Shown: positions 51,418 to 62,197, counted from the stretch's first letter. The stretch is DNA of 64,000 bases from an uncultured cyanobacterium (GCA_963740315.1 CAVUDP010000004.1:973415-1037414); one strand, 5' to 3'. Made by a program: numbers and translations. Notes: a model not told the origin generated them from the letters alone.

Positions 51418-52056
51418 ATGAAAGTCAAATTAAGAAGGCGACGATTTGGACAATTAACTTTCGTCGGTGTATTAGCAACTGTAATTGGTAAATTTACAAA
51501 AAAGACTTTAGCACAAACAACACCCCAGCCTTCACAAAGCGATACGGTTAGCGTCAAGCTGAAAATCAATGGTAAAGAGCAAAATTTACAGGTTGAACCG
51601 CGAGTTACTTTACTCGATGCATTGCGTGAATATATTGGTTTGACTGGTACTAAAAAAGGTTGCGGACACGGACAGTGTGGTGCTTGTACGGTGTTAGTCA
51701 ACGGAAGAAGAATTAATTCTTGTTTGACGCTGGCAATTATGAACGAAGGCGCAGAAATTACCACCATTGAAGGGTTAGAGCAAGGAGACAAACTGCATCC
51801 CGTACAGGCAGCCTTTATTAAACACGACGGTTTTCAGTGCGGATACTGTACTCCCGGTCAAATTTGTTCTGCGGTTGCCGCAATTGCAGAAGTAAAACAA
51901 GGTAGGGCGAGTGCAGTAACACCAGATGTCAGAAAAGAAGGGCAAGTCGAGTTTAGCGACGCTGAAATTAGAGAAAGAATGAGCGGTAATCTTTGCCGTT
52001 GCGGTGCTTATCCTGGTATTGTCGCAGCAGTGAAGGAAGCGAGCAGTGAGGTGTAG
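51418..52056 (+). CDS. paoA: Aldehyde oxidoreductase 2Fe-2S subunit (PaoA/YagT-like) with Tat signal
   Basis: RRRRF twin-arginine leader; GCGHGQCGAC, QCGYC, NLCRC. Confidence 0.85.
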   Translation: MKVKLRRRRFGQLTFVGVLATVIGKFTKKTLAQTTPQPSQSDTVSVKLKINGKEQNLQVEPRVTLLDALREYIGLTGTKKGCGHGQCGACTVLVNGRRINSCLTLAIMNEGAEITTIEGLEQGDKLHPVQAAFIKHDGFQCGYCTPGQICSAVAAIAEVKQGRASAVTPDVRKEGQVEFSDAEIRERMSGNLCRCGAYPGIVAAVKEASSEV

Positions 52057-52208
52057 GAGATGGGGAGACAAGGAGATGAGGAGAGGGGGGAGAGGGGGAA
52101 GAGGGGGTAGATTAAATAACTTTTAACTCCTAATTCCTAACTCCTAACTATTTCCCATGCCCAATGCCCAATGCCCAATGCCCAATATTTAATTACTAAA
52201 AAAATTTT

Positions 52209-53207
52209 ATGAATCCATTTACATATATTCGTGCAGACAATCAAGACGCGGCTGTTAAAAGTGTTGCCGCAGAAAAAAGAACTAAGTTTATTGCGGGTGG
52301 AACTAATCTTCTGGATTTGATGAAGGAAGGTGTGGAGCAGCCCAACCAACTTGTAGATATTACGCGGTTGGAGTTGGAGAAGATTGAAGGGATAAATAAT
52401 GGTTTGAGTGTCGGGGCTTTGGTAAAAAACAGCGATATGGCAAACCATCCCACGATTAGAAAACGTTATCCGCTGTTGTCGGAAGCGGTGCTTGCTGGTG
52501 CATCGCCGCAATTACGAAATATGGCAACTACAGGCGGAAATTTGATGCAAAGGACTCGCTGTTATTACTTTTATAATACGGCGATGCCCTGTAATAAACG
52601 TTTACCGGGTTCTGGTTGTGCGGCGATCGAAGGTTTTAACCGCATTCACGCTATTTTAGGCGCTTCCCCCGAATGTATCGCCACTCATCCTTCCGATATG
52701 TGCGTGGCGTTAGCGGCGCTAGATGCTGTAGTTAAGGTTAAAGGTTCAAAAGGAGAGCGGTTTATAAAAGCCGCTGATTTTCACAGATTACCAGGCAATA
52801 CCCCACAAATCGAAACTGAATTACAACCCGATGAATTAATTGTGGCAGTACTTTTACCAGAGTCACCATTTGCAGAAAACTCCCATTATTTAAAAGTGCG
52901 CGATCGCCAATCTTATGCTTTCGCTTTAATTTCGGTAGCTGCTGCTTTAGAAATGGATAATAACGGCAATATTCGCATGGGAAGATTAGCTTTAGGTGGT
53001 GTAGCGCATAAACCTTGGCGAGCAACCGAAGCAGAGAAAATTTTAGATAATGCCAAAGCTAACGAGCAAACATTTCAAGCAGCAGCAGAAGCAGCAGTAA
53101 AAGAGGCGAAAACCTACGAACATAATGCCTTCAAAGTCGAAATGACAAAAAAGGCGATCGCGCAAGCTTTGAGTGCAGCAGCCCAAGGAACTGGAAATTG
53201 GGCATAG
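52209..53207 (+). CDS. paoB: Aldehyde oxidoreductase FAD subunit (PaoB/YagS-like)
   Basis: IAGGTNLLDLMK, QLRNMATTGGNL, RCYYF..CNKR..GC Cys insertion. Confidence 0.88.
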   Translation: MNPFTYIRADNQDAAVKSVAAEKRTKFIAGGTNLLDLMKEGVEQPNQLVDITRLELEKIEGINNGLSVGALVKNSDMANHPTIRKRYPLLSEAVLAGASPQLRNMATTGGNLMQRTRCYYFYNTAMPCNKRLPGSGCAAIEGFNRIHAILGASPECIATHPSDMCVALAALDAVVKVKGSKGERFIKAADFHRLPGNTPQIETELQPDELIVAVLLPESPFAENSHYLKVRDRQSYAFALISVAAALEMDNNGNIRMGRLALGGVAHKPWRATEAEKILDNAKANEQTFQAAAEAAVKEAKTYEHNAFKVEMTKKAIAQALSAAAQGTGNWA

Positions 53208-53317
53208 TTTGTAGTAAGGGCTTCAGCCCTCAGATTTGGGACTAAAGTCTTTACTACAAACCGAATTCTCAATTACTAATTCCTAACTACTATCAACTAA
53301 ATATTAACTACTAATTT

Positions 53318-55528
53318 ATGACTAACTCAATTGGTAAACCGTTAAATCGGATAGATGGCAGGCTCAAAGTTACGGGAAAGGCGCTTTATGCTGCCGAATA
53401 TCCCTTACAAAATATGGCTCATGCTGTTTTAATTGAAAGCAAAATTGCTAAGGGAAGTATCCGCAATATTGATACTAGTGCGGCACAAAAGCTACCGGGT
53501 GTAATTGCGGTTATTACTCATCAAAATGCGCCGAAAGTTGGACAAACAAACAGTGAATCTGGCGGCAATCCTTTAATTAAAGCGCTTCCAGTGTTGCAAG
53601 ATAATAAAATAAATTTTTACGGACAACATATAGGCGTTGTAATTGCTGAAACATTAGAACAAGCAGAATACGCTGTTAATTTAGTTAAAGTTACTTATCT
53701 TCCCGAAACTGCTGCGGTAAGTTTTGAAAAAAATCTCGATCGCGCTTACAAGCCGGAAAGATTATTGATTCCTTTAGAACCCGATTCGGGGCGCGGCGAT
53801 ATTAATAAAGGATTGCAAGCAGCAGAAGTTAAATTAGACGTAAATTACTCAACCCCGATAGAACATCATAATCCGATGGAGCCTTCGGCAACTACCGCAG
53901 TTTGGCAAGGTAATAAACTGACGCTTTACGATGCCTCGCAACACGTTATGGGCGCACAAAAAGCCGTAGCTAATAGCTTGGGGATTCCTCCCGAAAACGT
54001 CCAAGTAATTTCGCGGTTTATCGGTGGTGGATTCGGTTGTAAATTCCCGGTGCGAGAACACGTTGTAATAGCCGCGATCGCAGCGCAACGAGTCAAACGC
54101 CCGGTTAAACTTGCATTATCGCGCGAGCAAATGTTTACATCGGTGGGTTGTCGTCCCTATTCTTTGCAGCGGATTCGTTTGGGTGCTACCAAAGACGGTA
54201 AACTCACGGCTGTAGGGCACGAAATCACTACCCAAACCAATATCGCTAAAGAATTTGTCGAACACGTTGGTGGGGCTACTAACATGATATATAATTCCCC
54301 CAACGTACTCGTTACCCATCGCGCCGTACCGTTGAATATGGTAGTACCAACCATCATGCGTGCCCCTGGCGAAACACCGGGAATGTACGCTTTGGAATCG
54401 GCAATGGATGAATTAGCTTACGAACTCAACATCGATCCGATTGAGTTACGTATCATTAATGACCCGCCTCAAGACCCCCACAAAAACTTACCTTGGTCGA
54501 GTCGTTCTTTAGTAGAAAGTTTGCGAGAAGGTGCAAAGCGTTTTGGTTGGGAAAAGCGCAATCCCAAACCAGGCTCAATGCGCGATGGTCGTTACTTAGT
54601 TGGTTACGGCGTAGCTAGCGCCACTTATCCCACCAATCGACAAGCCGCTTCAGCCCGCGCTCGTATTTTGTCCAACGGTAACGTACTGATACAAATTGCA
54701 GCAACTGATATCGGTACGGGTACTTATACAATCTTGGCGCAAGTCGCGGCAGAAGTATTAAAAGTATCGCCAGGAAAAGTAGCCGTAGAAATTGGCGATT
54801 CAGAATTACCACCTTCCCCCGGTTCCGGTGGTTCCTGGGGTGCGGCTTCTTACGGTAGTGCGGTGCATGAAGCCTGTATAGCGCTTAGAGATAAAATGGT
54901 TTCGTTGGTACGACAAGATAACCGTTCGGCATTGAAGAATTTAAAACCAGCAGATTTAGAAGTTAGAGATAACGGCATTTTTACCAAAGATGCATCTGTT
55001 GGAGAAACCTTTGCAGAAATTATCGATAGAAACAAGCTTAAAGAAGTCTCCGTACAAGTAGAATCCAAACCCGACGATGCCAGGAAAAAATATTCCATGC
55101 ACTCCTTCGGCGCACAATTTGCCGAAGTTAAAGTTGACCCATATAACGGCATGGTAAAGGTTTCGCGGTTCGTGGGTGCATTCGGAGCCGGAAAGATATT
55201 GAATCAAAAAACAGCGCGATCGCAAATGATTGGCGGTATAGTTTGGGGTATATCTCAAGCTTTACACGAAAAAAGCATTCTCGACGACCGTTACGGAAAC
55301 TTTGTTAATCACAACCTTGCCGAATATCATATTCCCGTTAACGCCGATATTCCCGATATCGAAATAGTTTTTATCGAAGAAAACGACCCCTACGTTAACC
55401 CTTTAGGGGTAAAAGGTGTTGGTGAGATTGGTATTGTAGGTGCGGGTGCGGCGGTAGCTAATGCTATTTATCATGCGACGGGGAAACGTATTCGTGATTT
55501 ACCGATTACGCCGGATAAATTGCTTTGA
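53318..55528 (+). CDS. paoC: Aldehyde oxidoreductase molybdopterin subunit (PaoC/YagR-like)
   Basis: HNPMEP, GGGFG, MRAPGE, KGVGE, RIRDLPIT. Confidence 0.88.
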   Translation: MTNSIGKPLNRIDGRLKVTGKALYAAEYPLQNMAHAVLIESKIAKGSIRNIDTSAAQKLPGVIAVITHQNAPKVGQTNSESGGNPLIKALPVLQDNKINFYGQHIGVVIAETLEQAEYAVNLVKVTYLPETAAVSFEKNLDRAYKPERLLIPLEPDSGRGDINKGLQAAEVKLDVNYSTPIEHHNPMEPSATTAVWQGNKLTLYDASQHVMGAQKAVANSLGIPPENVQVISRFIGGGFGCKFPVREHVVIAAIAAQRVKRPVKLALSREQMFTSVGCRPYSLQRIRLGATKDGKLTAVGHEITTQTNIAKEFVEHVGGATNMIYNSPNVLVTHRAVPLNMVVPTIMRAPGETPGMYALESAMDELAYELNIDPIELRIINDPPQDPHKNLPWSSRSLVESLREGAKRFGWEKRNPKPGSMRDGRYLVGYGVASATYPTNRQAASARARILSNGNVLIQIAATDIGTGTYTILAQVAAEVLKVSPGKVAVEIGDSELPPSPGSGGSWGAASYGSAVHEACIALRDKMVSLVRQDNRSALKNLKPADLEVRDNGIFTKDASVGETFAEIIDRNKLKEVSVQVESKPDDARKKYSMHSFGAQFAEVKVDPYNGMVKVSRFVGAFGAGKILNQKTARSQMIGGIVWGISQALHEKSILDDRYGNFVNHNLAEYHIPVNADIPDIEIVFIEENDPYVNPLGVKGVGEIGIVGAGAAVANAIYHATGKRIRDLPITPDKLL

Positions 55529-55813
55529 TTGCATCATTTGTAGTAATGATTTCACATTGTTTGAAACGTAGCAGTGCGGAGTCTCTACAAAGATTTCGCG
55601 TTTAATACAAAATGTATACAAAATTATTCTTGTAGGGTGTGTGACGCTTTAATAAATTTTGGATGTGGTTATAAGATTTATAGCGTCACGCACCATCTGT
55701 ATATTGCGATCGTAATGACGCTCCGTTAACGTAAGCCTGTCCAAGTGAAAAATATTTAACCAGCACAGTTTGATAATTTATTCAGTTCATTTATACAGGG
55801 GAATTCAAAAAAT

Positions 55814-56209
55814 ATGAAAGTTTATAAATCCTTTACCAGATTGCTTGTCAACGATTGGAAAGCCTGCGTTTCCTTTTACAAAGACATCATGGAATTTGAC
55901 TGCGTACAAGAAGACGAACAAGGTGGATACGCAGAATTCAAACTTGCCGATATGAGACTCAGTATCTTCCGACGTTCAGAAATGGCACAGATGATTCACA
56001 ATCATGAAAAACCCCCAACAGCAGAATGTCAAGACACCGTAGCCTTAATTTTTACGGTTAACGATTTAGAAGATGAATGTATAAAACTGAAGCAGAAAAA
56101 AATCAAATTAACCACAGAACCAATGAACAATCCCATGTACGGGATTAAAACAGCTTATCTCCGCGATCCAGATGAGAATTTGATTGGTCTTTATCAGATG
56201 CTGGTTTGA
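55814..56209 (+). CDS. VOC/glyoxalase family protein
   Basis: FYKDIM, AYLRDPDENLI. Confidence 0.85.
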   Translation: MKVYKSFTRLLVNDWKACVSFYKDIMEFDCVQEDEQGGYAEFKLADMRLSIFRRSEMAQMIHNHEKPPTAECQDTVALIFTVNDLEDECIKLKQKKIKLTTEPMNNPMYGIKTAYLRDPDENLIGLYQMLV

Positions 56210-56423
56210 GGAGAAGATGGGGAAGAGGGGGAGACAAGGGGACAAGGGGATGGGGAGAGGGGGAGAGGGGGAAGAGGGGGAGAAGGAGACAAGGGGATGG
56301 GGAGATAGGGAGACAAGAAAAATTTCCAACTCATAACTATTTACAATGCCCCATGCCCCATGCCCCATACCCCATGCCCAATTGATAACTGTTCACTGTT
56401 CACTGTTCACTGTTCACTGATTT

Positions 56424-58087
56424 ATGAAGCCTGTAATTTTAACGGTTGATGACGATCCGCAAGTGTTGCAAGCGGTGGCGAAAGATTTACGGCAGCAATA
56501 TGGCGATCGCTTTCGGATTATGCGTGCTGATTCGGGTAAGACTGCTTTGGAAACTTTGGAAAAGCTCAAGCTTCGCAATGAAACGGTAGCGCTATTTTTA
56601 GCGGATCAAAGAATGCCGCAAATGTCTGGTGTGGAGTTTTTGGAGAAGGGATTGGAAATGTATCCCAATGCTAAACGTGCTTTACTGACTGCTTACGCGG
56701 ATACCGATGCGGCTATTAATGCTATCAATAAAACTCAAGTTGACTACTATTTAATGAAGCCTTGGAACCACCCCAGGAAAAACTGTATCCCGTAATTGAC
56801 GATTTACTTGATGATTGGATGGCGCATTTCCGTCCACCATTTGAAGGTATTCGCGTTATCGGTAATCGTTGGTCCCCGGATTCTCACCAGGTTAAAGATT
56901 TTTTGGCACGAAATCAAGTTCCTTATGAATGGTTGGATATTGAATCTTCGGAAGAAGCCCAAAAATTAGTCGAATATGCAGATTGCGATCGTCTGAATTT
57001 ACCTTTGGTGCTTTTCTCCGATGGTGCTTCTGTGTTGCAACCTACCAACGTCCAACTTGCAGAAAAAATCGGATTGCAAACCCAAGCGGAAAAACCATTT
57101 TACGATTTAATTATCGTTGGTGGAGGTCCTGCGGGTTTAGCTGCTGCGGTGTATGGTGCTTCTGAAGGATTGCGGACTTTGATGATCGAAAAGGAAGCAC
57201 CGGGAGGACAAGCGGGAACGAGTTCGCGTATTGAAAATTACCTCGGATTCCCCGTAGGTTTGAGCGGTGGCGATTTGGCGCGGCGGGCTGTAACTCAAGC
57301 TAGAAGGTTTGGTGTAGAGATTCTCACGCCTCAAGAAGTTCAGGGAATTCGCGTACAAGACCAGTATCGAATAATTAAGTTAAAAGACGGTGGCGAAATT
57401 AGCTGTCATGCGTTGATTTTAGCTTTGGGTGTAGCTTGGCGACGGATGAATGTACCGGGAATCGAACGCTTAACTGGCGCGGGTATTTACTACGGTGCAG
57501 CCCAAACAGAAGCGCGTTCCTGTGAAGGAGAAGAAGTATATATTATCGGTGCGGCGAATTCTGCCGGACAAGGAGCAATGTATTTTTCTAAATACGCCAG
57601 CAAAGTGATTATCTTAGTGCGCGGCGATTCCTTAACTAAAAGTATGTCGCAATATTTAATCGACCAAATTGAAGCTACACCTAATATTGAAGTCAAGACA
57701 CATACAAGCGTCGTTGAAGCAAAAGGCGAAACTAGTTTATCAGAACTTACTCTAGTTAATAATTTAACCGACGAACAAGAGATAGTATCAGCAAATTCAC
57801 TGTTTATATTTATCGGTGCAAAACCCAGTACCGAATGGTTAGATGGAGTATTAGAAAAAGACGATCGCGGTTTTGTTCGCACGGGTCCAGATTTAAAACA
57901 CAACGGTAATAATCGTCCCAAAGGATGGACTTTAGACCGCGACCCCTTCTTATTAGAAACAAACGTCCCCGGTATATTTGCGGTAGGTGACGTGCGTCAC
58001 GGTTCGGTAAAACGAGTAGCTTCCGGTGTCGGTGAAGGTTCGATTTGCGTCCAATTTGTTCATAATTATTTGAGCAAAGTGTTGTGA
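56424..58087 (+). pseudogene. Response regulator-thioredoxin reductase-like fusion with a 1-bp frameshift (possibly a sequencing error)
   Basis: Receiver domain (56424-) joins the glutaredoxin-like and TrxB domains (GGGPAG, AVGDV) if one base is restored at about 56766 (KPW-x-PPQEKLYP). Confidence 0.75.
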
Positions 58088-58164
58088 TAAAGGGAATGGG
58101 GCATTGGGCATGGGGCATTGGGCATTGGGCATTGGGAATGGCTAATATGTAAAACCATTTTTAC

Positions 58165-58217
58165 GTAGTGCGAGCATCTTGCTCGCTCGATACTAGCGAG
58201 CAAGATGCTCGCACTAC
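58165..58217. repeat. REPIN-like inverted REP doublet
   Basis: Two perfect 22-bp REPs in inverted orientation with a 9-bp spacer; identical to the REPs flanking the RAYT gene. Confidence 0.9.
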
Positions 58218-58312
58218 GAACCATTTATTTTCGACTTGAAATCACTGCTAACTGGTAATTGATAACTGCTCACTGATAACTGATAACTGTTCACTGATAA
58301 CTGATAACTGAA

Positions 58313-59725
58313 ATGGTTTTATGTACTGAAGAGTTGAAAACCCTGGAATTATTTAAAATACTTCCTCAAAGTCGGTTGGAATGGGTTTGCGATCGCGCTA
58401 CTCCATTAAAATTGTCGCAAGGTGAAATCCTGGTTTCTGAAAACGATCCACCGCGAGGTTTATTTATTTTGATGTCGGGTAAACTTGGCATTACTCGTCA
58501 TTCCGATGGTGTGGAAATGCCTTTGGGACAGCATACAGCACCGGAGTTTGTGGGGGAAATTCCCATCCTCACGGACGAACCAATTGTGGTAAATTTGCAA
58601 GCTCTAAATGACTGTCGCGTTTACGAACTTCCCGCAGAAGACTTTTTAGAGTTGCTTCATCAATGTCGGCAGTTTGAGGTGACGATATTTCGCGCAGTTC
58701 AAAAAAGATTGCGGGGGCTGGAATCTTTTATCCGCAACCGCGAAAAGATGGCGGCTTTAGGTACGATGTCTGCGGGTTTAGCTCACGAACTTAATAACCC
58801 TGCTGCGGCTTTAGTTCGGGCTTTGAAAGATGTCACACCCGCATTGCTGGAACTGCAACGGATGAACTTAGTTTACGGACAACATCAGGTAGATGAAGAA
58901 CACACCGAGAAATGGTTAAAAATTCGGGATGACGGCTACGACATTATTAATAACGACAAATTAGATCCGATGACGGTTAGCGATCGCGAAGAGGAAATAC
59001 TCGATTGGTTAGAAGATTACGGAGTTGAAAACGCTTGGAATATTGCCGAACCCTTAGCCACTGGGGGAGTAGAGGTGAAAACCCTCGATACAATGATGGA
59101 ACGTTGGCGAGATGATACCACCGAGTTGAGAGACATGGGAATACGCTGGTTAGCTGTTTCCTTTGATGTCATGTCCACCATAAAAAACGGCTTGCGCGGT
59201 GCCGAACGGATTTCGGAATTAGTACATTCCATGAAATCATACTCTCATTTAGATCGTGGCGCTCAACAATGGGTAGATATCCATCAAGGCTTAGAAGATA
59301 CGATCAAACTACTTACTTTTAAACTCAAACACGGTGTTGAAATTAAGCGTTGCTATGGAGAAAACCTTCCCCAAATTCTTGCTTACGGCAGCGAACTAAA
59401 TCAAGTTTGGACGAATTTAATCGATAACGCTATTGATGCTATGAACGAAAAAGGCATTTTAGAAATCTCTACTTCTCATTTTAAAGATTCATTGAAAGTT
59501 GAAATAACCGATTCTGGATCGGGAATTCCCGATGACGTACAATCGCGTATATTTGAACCATTTTTTACAACAAAAGGCGTAGGAAAAGGTACGGGATTAG
59601 GTTTAGATGCGGTTAGAAGAATAGTTGAAAATCGTCATAAAGGAGCTATAACTTTAGAATCGAAACCGGGAAAAACTACCTTTAAAATTTGTTTGCCGAT
59701 CGCTGGTTGTAATACGGCTAAATAA
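58313..59725 (+). CDS. Sensor histidine kinase with N-terminal cNMP-binding domain
   Basis: AHELNNP H-box, NLIDNA N-box, DSGSG, FEPFFTTK, GTGLGL. Confidence 0.92.
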   Translation: MVLCTEELKTLELFKILPQSRLEWVCDRATPLKLSQGEILVSENDPPRGLFILMSGKLGITRHSDGVEMPLGQHTAPEFVGEIPILTDEPIVVNLQALNDCRVYELPAEDFLELLHQCRQFEVTIFRAVQKRLRGLESFIRNREKMAALGTMSAGLAHELNNPAAALVRALKDVTPALLELQRMNLVYGQHQVDEEHTEKWLKIRDDGYDIINNDKLDPMTVSDREEEILDWLEDYGVENAWNIAEPLATGGVEVKTLDTMMERWRDDTTELRDMGIRWLAVSFDVMSTIKNGLRGAERISELVHSMKSYSHLDRGAQQWVDIHQGLEDTIKLLTFKLKHGVEIKRCYGENLPQILAYGSELNQVWTNLIDNAIDAMNEKGILEISTSHFKDSLKVEITDSGSGIPDDVQSRIFEPFFTTKGVGKGTGLGLDAVRRIVENRHKGAITLESKPGKTTFKICLPIAGCNTAK

Positions 59726-59941
59726 TGTAATTAGTAATTGGATAAAGGAGAGGGGGAAGAGAGGGTAGAGGGGGTAGAAATAAAAAATTCTTTTCTGCTT
59801 GCGTTGGAATTATTCAATCACTTGAGTAAAAATACTCTGCCCTCCTCCGCGTTAACCTTTGCGCTCCTCTGCGTTAAAAAAATATATCACTCCAAATTTG
59901 ATATTACTCCCCCCCTCTCCCCCCTCTACCCCCTCAAGCAA

Positions 59942-61078
59942 ATGGCAATCTTCCTCTCCTTCTACGCTTTCATAGCTATCGGTATCGCCGAAGGTGGCTT
60001 AGGCATACTTATTCCCTCAATCGGCGAAACTTACAATTTAACTTCTGCCAATATCACGTTACTTTTCCTCAGTCAAGTTACGGGTTATATTTTTGCTGCT
60101 TTGGCTAGCAGTATTTTGAGTAGTCGTATCGGATTGGCAAGGATGTTATTGATAGCATCCACAAGCCTGACGTTTGCTTTAATAATCTACGCTTTTAGTC
60201 CGTTTTGGTGGCTGATGGTTGCTGCTGGCTCGTTGTTGGGTTTGGGAATTGGCTTAATTGATGCAGGAATTAATAGCTATATTGCCAATCGCAATCAAGC
60301 CGATTTGATGGGATGGCTGCACGGATTTTATGGAATTGGGGCACTTTTAGGACCGGCGATCGCCACTACGTTATTAGCGCTAAACTTACCTTGGCGCAGT
60401 GTTTATCTAGTTTTCGCTGCGGTTGTAGGATTGATGGTAGTTGGGATGTTATGGGCTGTTATTTCCGATTTCAAACCATTAACTAAGAGAATTAAAAAAT
60501 CTGATAAAACAGCTTCAGCTAATTTAGGTACAGCCTTGAAAACACCTACAGTTTTATTAGCTGGTTTGTTGTTAGCAGTTTATGTGGGAACAGAAGCATC
60601 GGTGGGAAATTGGGCTTACAGCGTCCAACATATTAGTAGAAATACACCAACATTAATCGCAGGATATAGCGTTAGTGCTTACTGGTTGGGATTAACTATA
60701 GGAAGATTTATCAGCGGACGATTTGTTAAATTGTGGGGAGCAAATCGCACTTTGAATTACAGTTTAATATTATTAAGTTTAAGTTTGATTGCTTGGTGGT
60801 TATTGCCAAATCAATTAATTAGTTTACCTTTAATAGGTATTGCCTTAGCTCCCATATTTCCGCTGACAATTTGGTTGACACCGCAAAGAATACCAAGTGG
60901 AATTGTACCGGCAGCGATTGGTTTTATTACAAGTTCGGCAAGTGTCGGTGCAGCAGCAATTCCTTCATTAGCGGGCTTTTTTGCGTCTCGCTTTGGATTG
61001 GAGGTTATTCCAGTTTTGATGATTCCTTTAGCTGGGGTGATGTTGGTTTTACATCGGTGGATGGTGAGGAATTGTTGA
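59942..61078 (+). CDS. MFS transporter
   Basis: Multiple TM helices, HGFYGIGALLGP motif; ATG at 59942 preferred because the upstream extension is repeat-derived. Confidence 0.85.
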   Translation: MAIFLSFYAFIAIGIAEGGLGILIPSIGETYNLTSANITLLFLSQVTGYIFAALASSILSSRIGLARMLLIASTSLTFALIIYAFSPFWWLMVAAGSLLGLGIGLIDAGINSYIANRNQADLMGWLHGFYGIGALLGPAIATTLLALNLPWRSVYLVFAAVVGLMVVGMLWAVISDFKPLTKRIKKSDKTASANLGTALKTPTVLLAGLLLAVYVGTEASVGNWAYSVQHISRNTPTLIAGYSVSAYWLGLTIGRFISGRFVKLWGANRTLNYSLILLSLSLIAWWLLPNQLISLPLIGIALAPIFPLTIWLTPQRIPSGIVPAAIGFITSSASVGAAAIPSLAGFFASRFGLEVIPVLMIPLAGVMLVLHRWMVRNC

Positions 61079-61085
61079 TAGATGG

Positions 61086-61499
61086 TCATTCTCTTAATAA
61101 TGCTCGAAATCCTGCCTGCTGAAAATGGGTATCGGTAGTCAGTGCATCAGAGATTTCTCGATCCTGCATCACTACGAATGATAAACAATCCACTAACCCC
61201 CATTCTTTGTCTTCTCGTTGCTTAAACAAATTGAATGCCAATTTGTAAAGATCATTGGTTAATAAAACAACTTCGACATTGGGATCGGTTTCAATAGATT
61301 CTAAAAGCTGGATTGCCGCCGCTCTGAATTTTTGTTTAGAAAGCGAATTACCTATTTCCAGCAAGATTGCCTGAGTTGTGACTAAACGGGTTCCGTCAGC
61401 CTCAATTTTATTGGCAAGCTTAACAGCCTGTAAATGATTTCGATCGGTGACGGAAGATAAAGCGATCGTAAAAGAAGTATCTAAAAAAACTTCATTCAT
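61086..61499 (-). CDS. VapC-like PIN domain toxin
   Basis: VFLDTS, ILLE, LVDCLSF, TTDTHF; ATG at 61499. Confidence 0.88.
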   Translation of the reverse strand: MNEVFLDTSFTIALSSVTDRNHLQAVKLANKIEADGTRLVTTQAILLEIGNSLSKQKFRAAAIQLLESIETDPNVEVVLLTNDLYKLAFNLFKQREDKEWGLVDCLSFVVMQDREISDALTTDTHFQQAGFRALLRE

Positions 61500-61728
61500 T
61501 GCCAGAAAGAGTTTCCCCATACAAATATTGGTCAATTTTCTCTGACCAATCTGGGCTACCTTCTAATTTTACAGATTGAGCAGTTTTAAGGAAAGTTTTA
61601 GGTGGTTTTACTTCATTGGGCAACACGCTCTCAATAATAATCCGCACCTTTGTACCTGCGGCTAGGTTTAGAGGCACTTCTAGTTGAAGGGCAGTCCCAT
61701 CAAATACAGCTTCGAGTTCTTGGGGCAT
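61492..61728 (-). CDS. Putative antitoxin (AF2212/DUF104-like)
   Basis: EAVFDG..L..PL.L..G..V N-terminus, DWSEKIDQYLYG C-terminus; overlaps the toxin start. Confidence 0.75.
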   Translation of the reverse strand: MPQELEAVFDGTALQLEVPLNLAAGTKVRIIIESVLPNEVKPPKTFLKTAQSVKLEGSPDWSEKIDQYLYGETLSGNE

Positions 61729-61791
61729 TATTTCCTAAAGGATGGAGTTTGTTTTCATTATAACTTTACCTTTATCCTCGACCGATAAGAA

Positions 61792-62197
61792 AACTTTAGG
61801 ACGTTTTTTAACGGGACGTTTTGTTAAATTATGGGGTGCAAATCGCACTTTAAATTACAGCTTAATATTATTAGTTTTAAGTTTGATAGCTTGGTGGTTA
61901 TTACCAAATCAATTAATTAGTTTACCTTTAATAGGTATTGCCTTAGCTCCGATATTTCCGCTGACAATTTGGTTGACACCGCAACGAATACCAAGTGCGA
62001 TCGTACCTGCGGCGATCGGTTTTATTACAAGTTCGGCAAGTGTCGGTGCAGCAGCAATTCCTTCTTTTGCAGGCTTTTTTGCTTCTCGCTTTGGATTGGA
62101 GGTTATTCCGGTTTTGATGATTCCTTTAGCTGGGGTGATGGTGGTTTTGCATTGGTTAATGGTGAGGAACCAATTAACAGTGAGCAATGAACAGTGA
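61792..62197 (+). pseudogene. Duplicated 3' third of the MFS transporter gene
   Basis: Near-identical translation to the C-terminus of 59942-61078. Confidence 0.88.

Noticed and set aside
61742..62197. Independent 151-aa membrane protein
   Set aside because: It is the duplicated MFS 3' end with a fortuitous start codon
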